A DNA stretch of 63,322 nucleotides, the filler included, from Octopus bimaculoides (lineage: Eukaryota), in the NCBI RefSeq assembly GCF_001194135.2. It is 5 parts of 4 records of this genome, joined end to end, with 100 filler letters (N's around TTAATTAATTAA, not from the genome) between each part and the next. Parts side by side here need not be neighbours in the genome. Positions count along the whole stretch, not along the records: positions 56,887 to 63,322 come from NC_068983.1; 4 more parts are not named here. One strand, given 5' to 3'. Below are positions 62,905-63,322 of the stretch, one piece after another. Each line of letters starts with the position of its first letter. Within the stretch, counting starts at the first letter, position 1. A model generated the notes under the pieces. That model was not told the origin of the DNA. It worked only from the letters and a program-made list of their open reading frames with translations, and searched no databases. Both the position numbers and the translations under genes were made by a program.

Positions 62905-63188
62905 TGGATAATTCACCTCTGGAAACATGGGTGTTTCGTTTAACATCTTTAAACAACCCTTATACAGGGACCTTTTGGGCGGGATGGACTACTCAAAATT
63001 CTAACTGGGCCCCACCTGCAAGGTTTTGCGCTGTTAATCTTGATATGAGATCACCGTGTCAGGCATATATGGTTGTGATGCATGTGCCTGATGTACCCTT
63101 ATCAGACGGGTAGTCATGATGAGTAAACTGGGCTTCGTATATTTTACTCTAGTGTCGCTTTGATGGCATGCATTGCTCTCTCACTCAA
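62905..63188. mobile_element. Repeat family F, second copy
   Basis: Homologous to 25525-25815; ends CTCTCACTC|AATAGTAAT. Confidence 0.8.
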
Positions 63189-63232
63189 TAGTAATAATAA
63201 TAATAATAATAATGATAATAATGATAATAATG

Positions 63233-63308
<76 letters not shown>
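63189..63308. repeat. (AAT)n microsatellite
   Basis: Direct reading. Confidence 0.95.
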
Positions 63309-63309
<1 letters not shown>

Positions 63310-63322
63310 TAGAAAAAGACAA

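Overview
AT-rich eukaryotic genomic DNA, very likely octopus or another cephalopod (inferred from the SINE families, the dense TA/TAGA/AAT microsatellites and a GC-rich 18S fragment). The window is not continuous. Four artificial 100-bp spacers (N44-TTAATTAATTAA-N44) join five separate pieces, and there are many N gaps. Most listed ORFs are microsatellite or gap artefacts. The real content is mostly decayed mobile elements: about 35 tRNA-derived SINE copies in several families, CR1/L2-group, R4/Dong-like, RTE-type, CRE-like and probable L1/Tx1 LINE fragments, three Tc1/mariner lineages, a complete hAT MITE and a 400-bp foldback. There is one convincing protein-coding 3' end on the minus strand (53.9-54.3 kb) and a few isolated candidate exons. 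Highlights: (1) a 721-bp retrocopy with a perfect 17-bp target-site duplication that carries an antisense 18S rRNA segment between two hairpin direct repeats; (2) three unrelated short repeats that each contain a minimal type-I hammerhead-ribozyme fold, one copy apparently intact; (3) LINE-SINE tail sharing and repeated target reuse, readable directly in the window. All family assignments come from motif recognition only; no searches were run. SINE boundaries are approximate.
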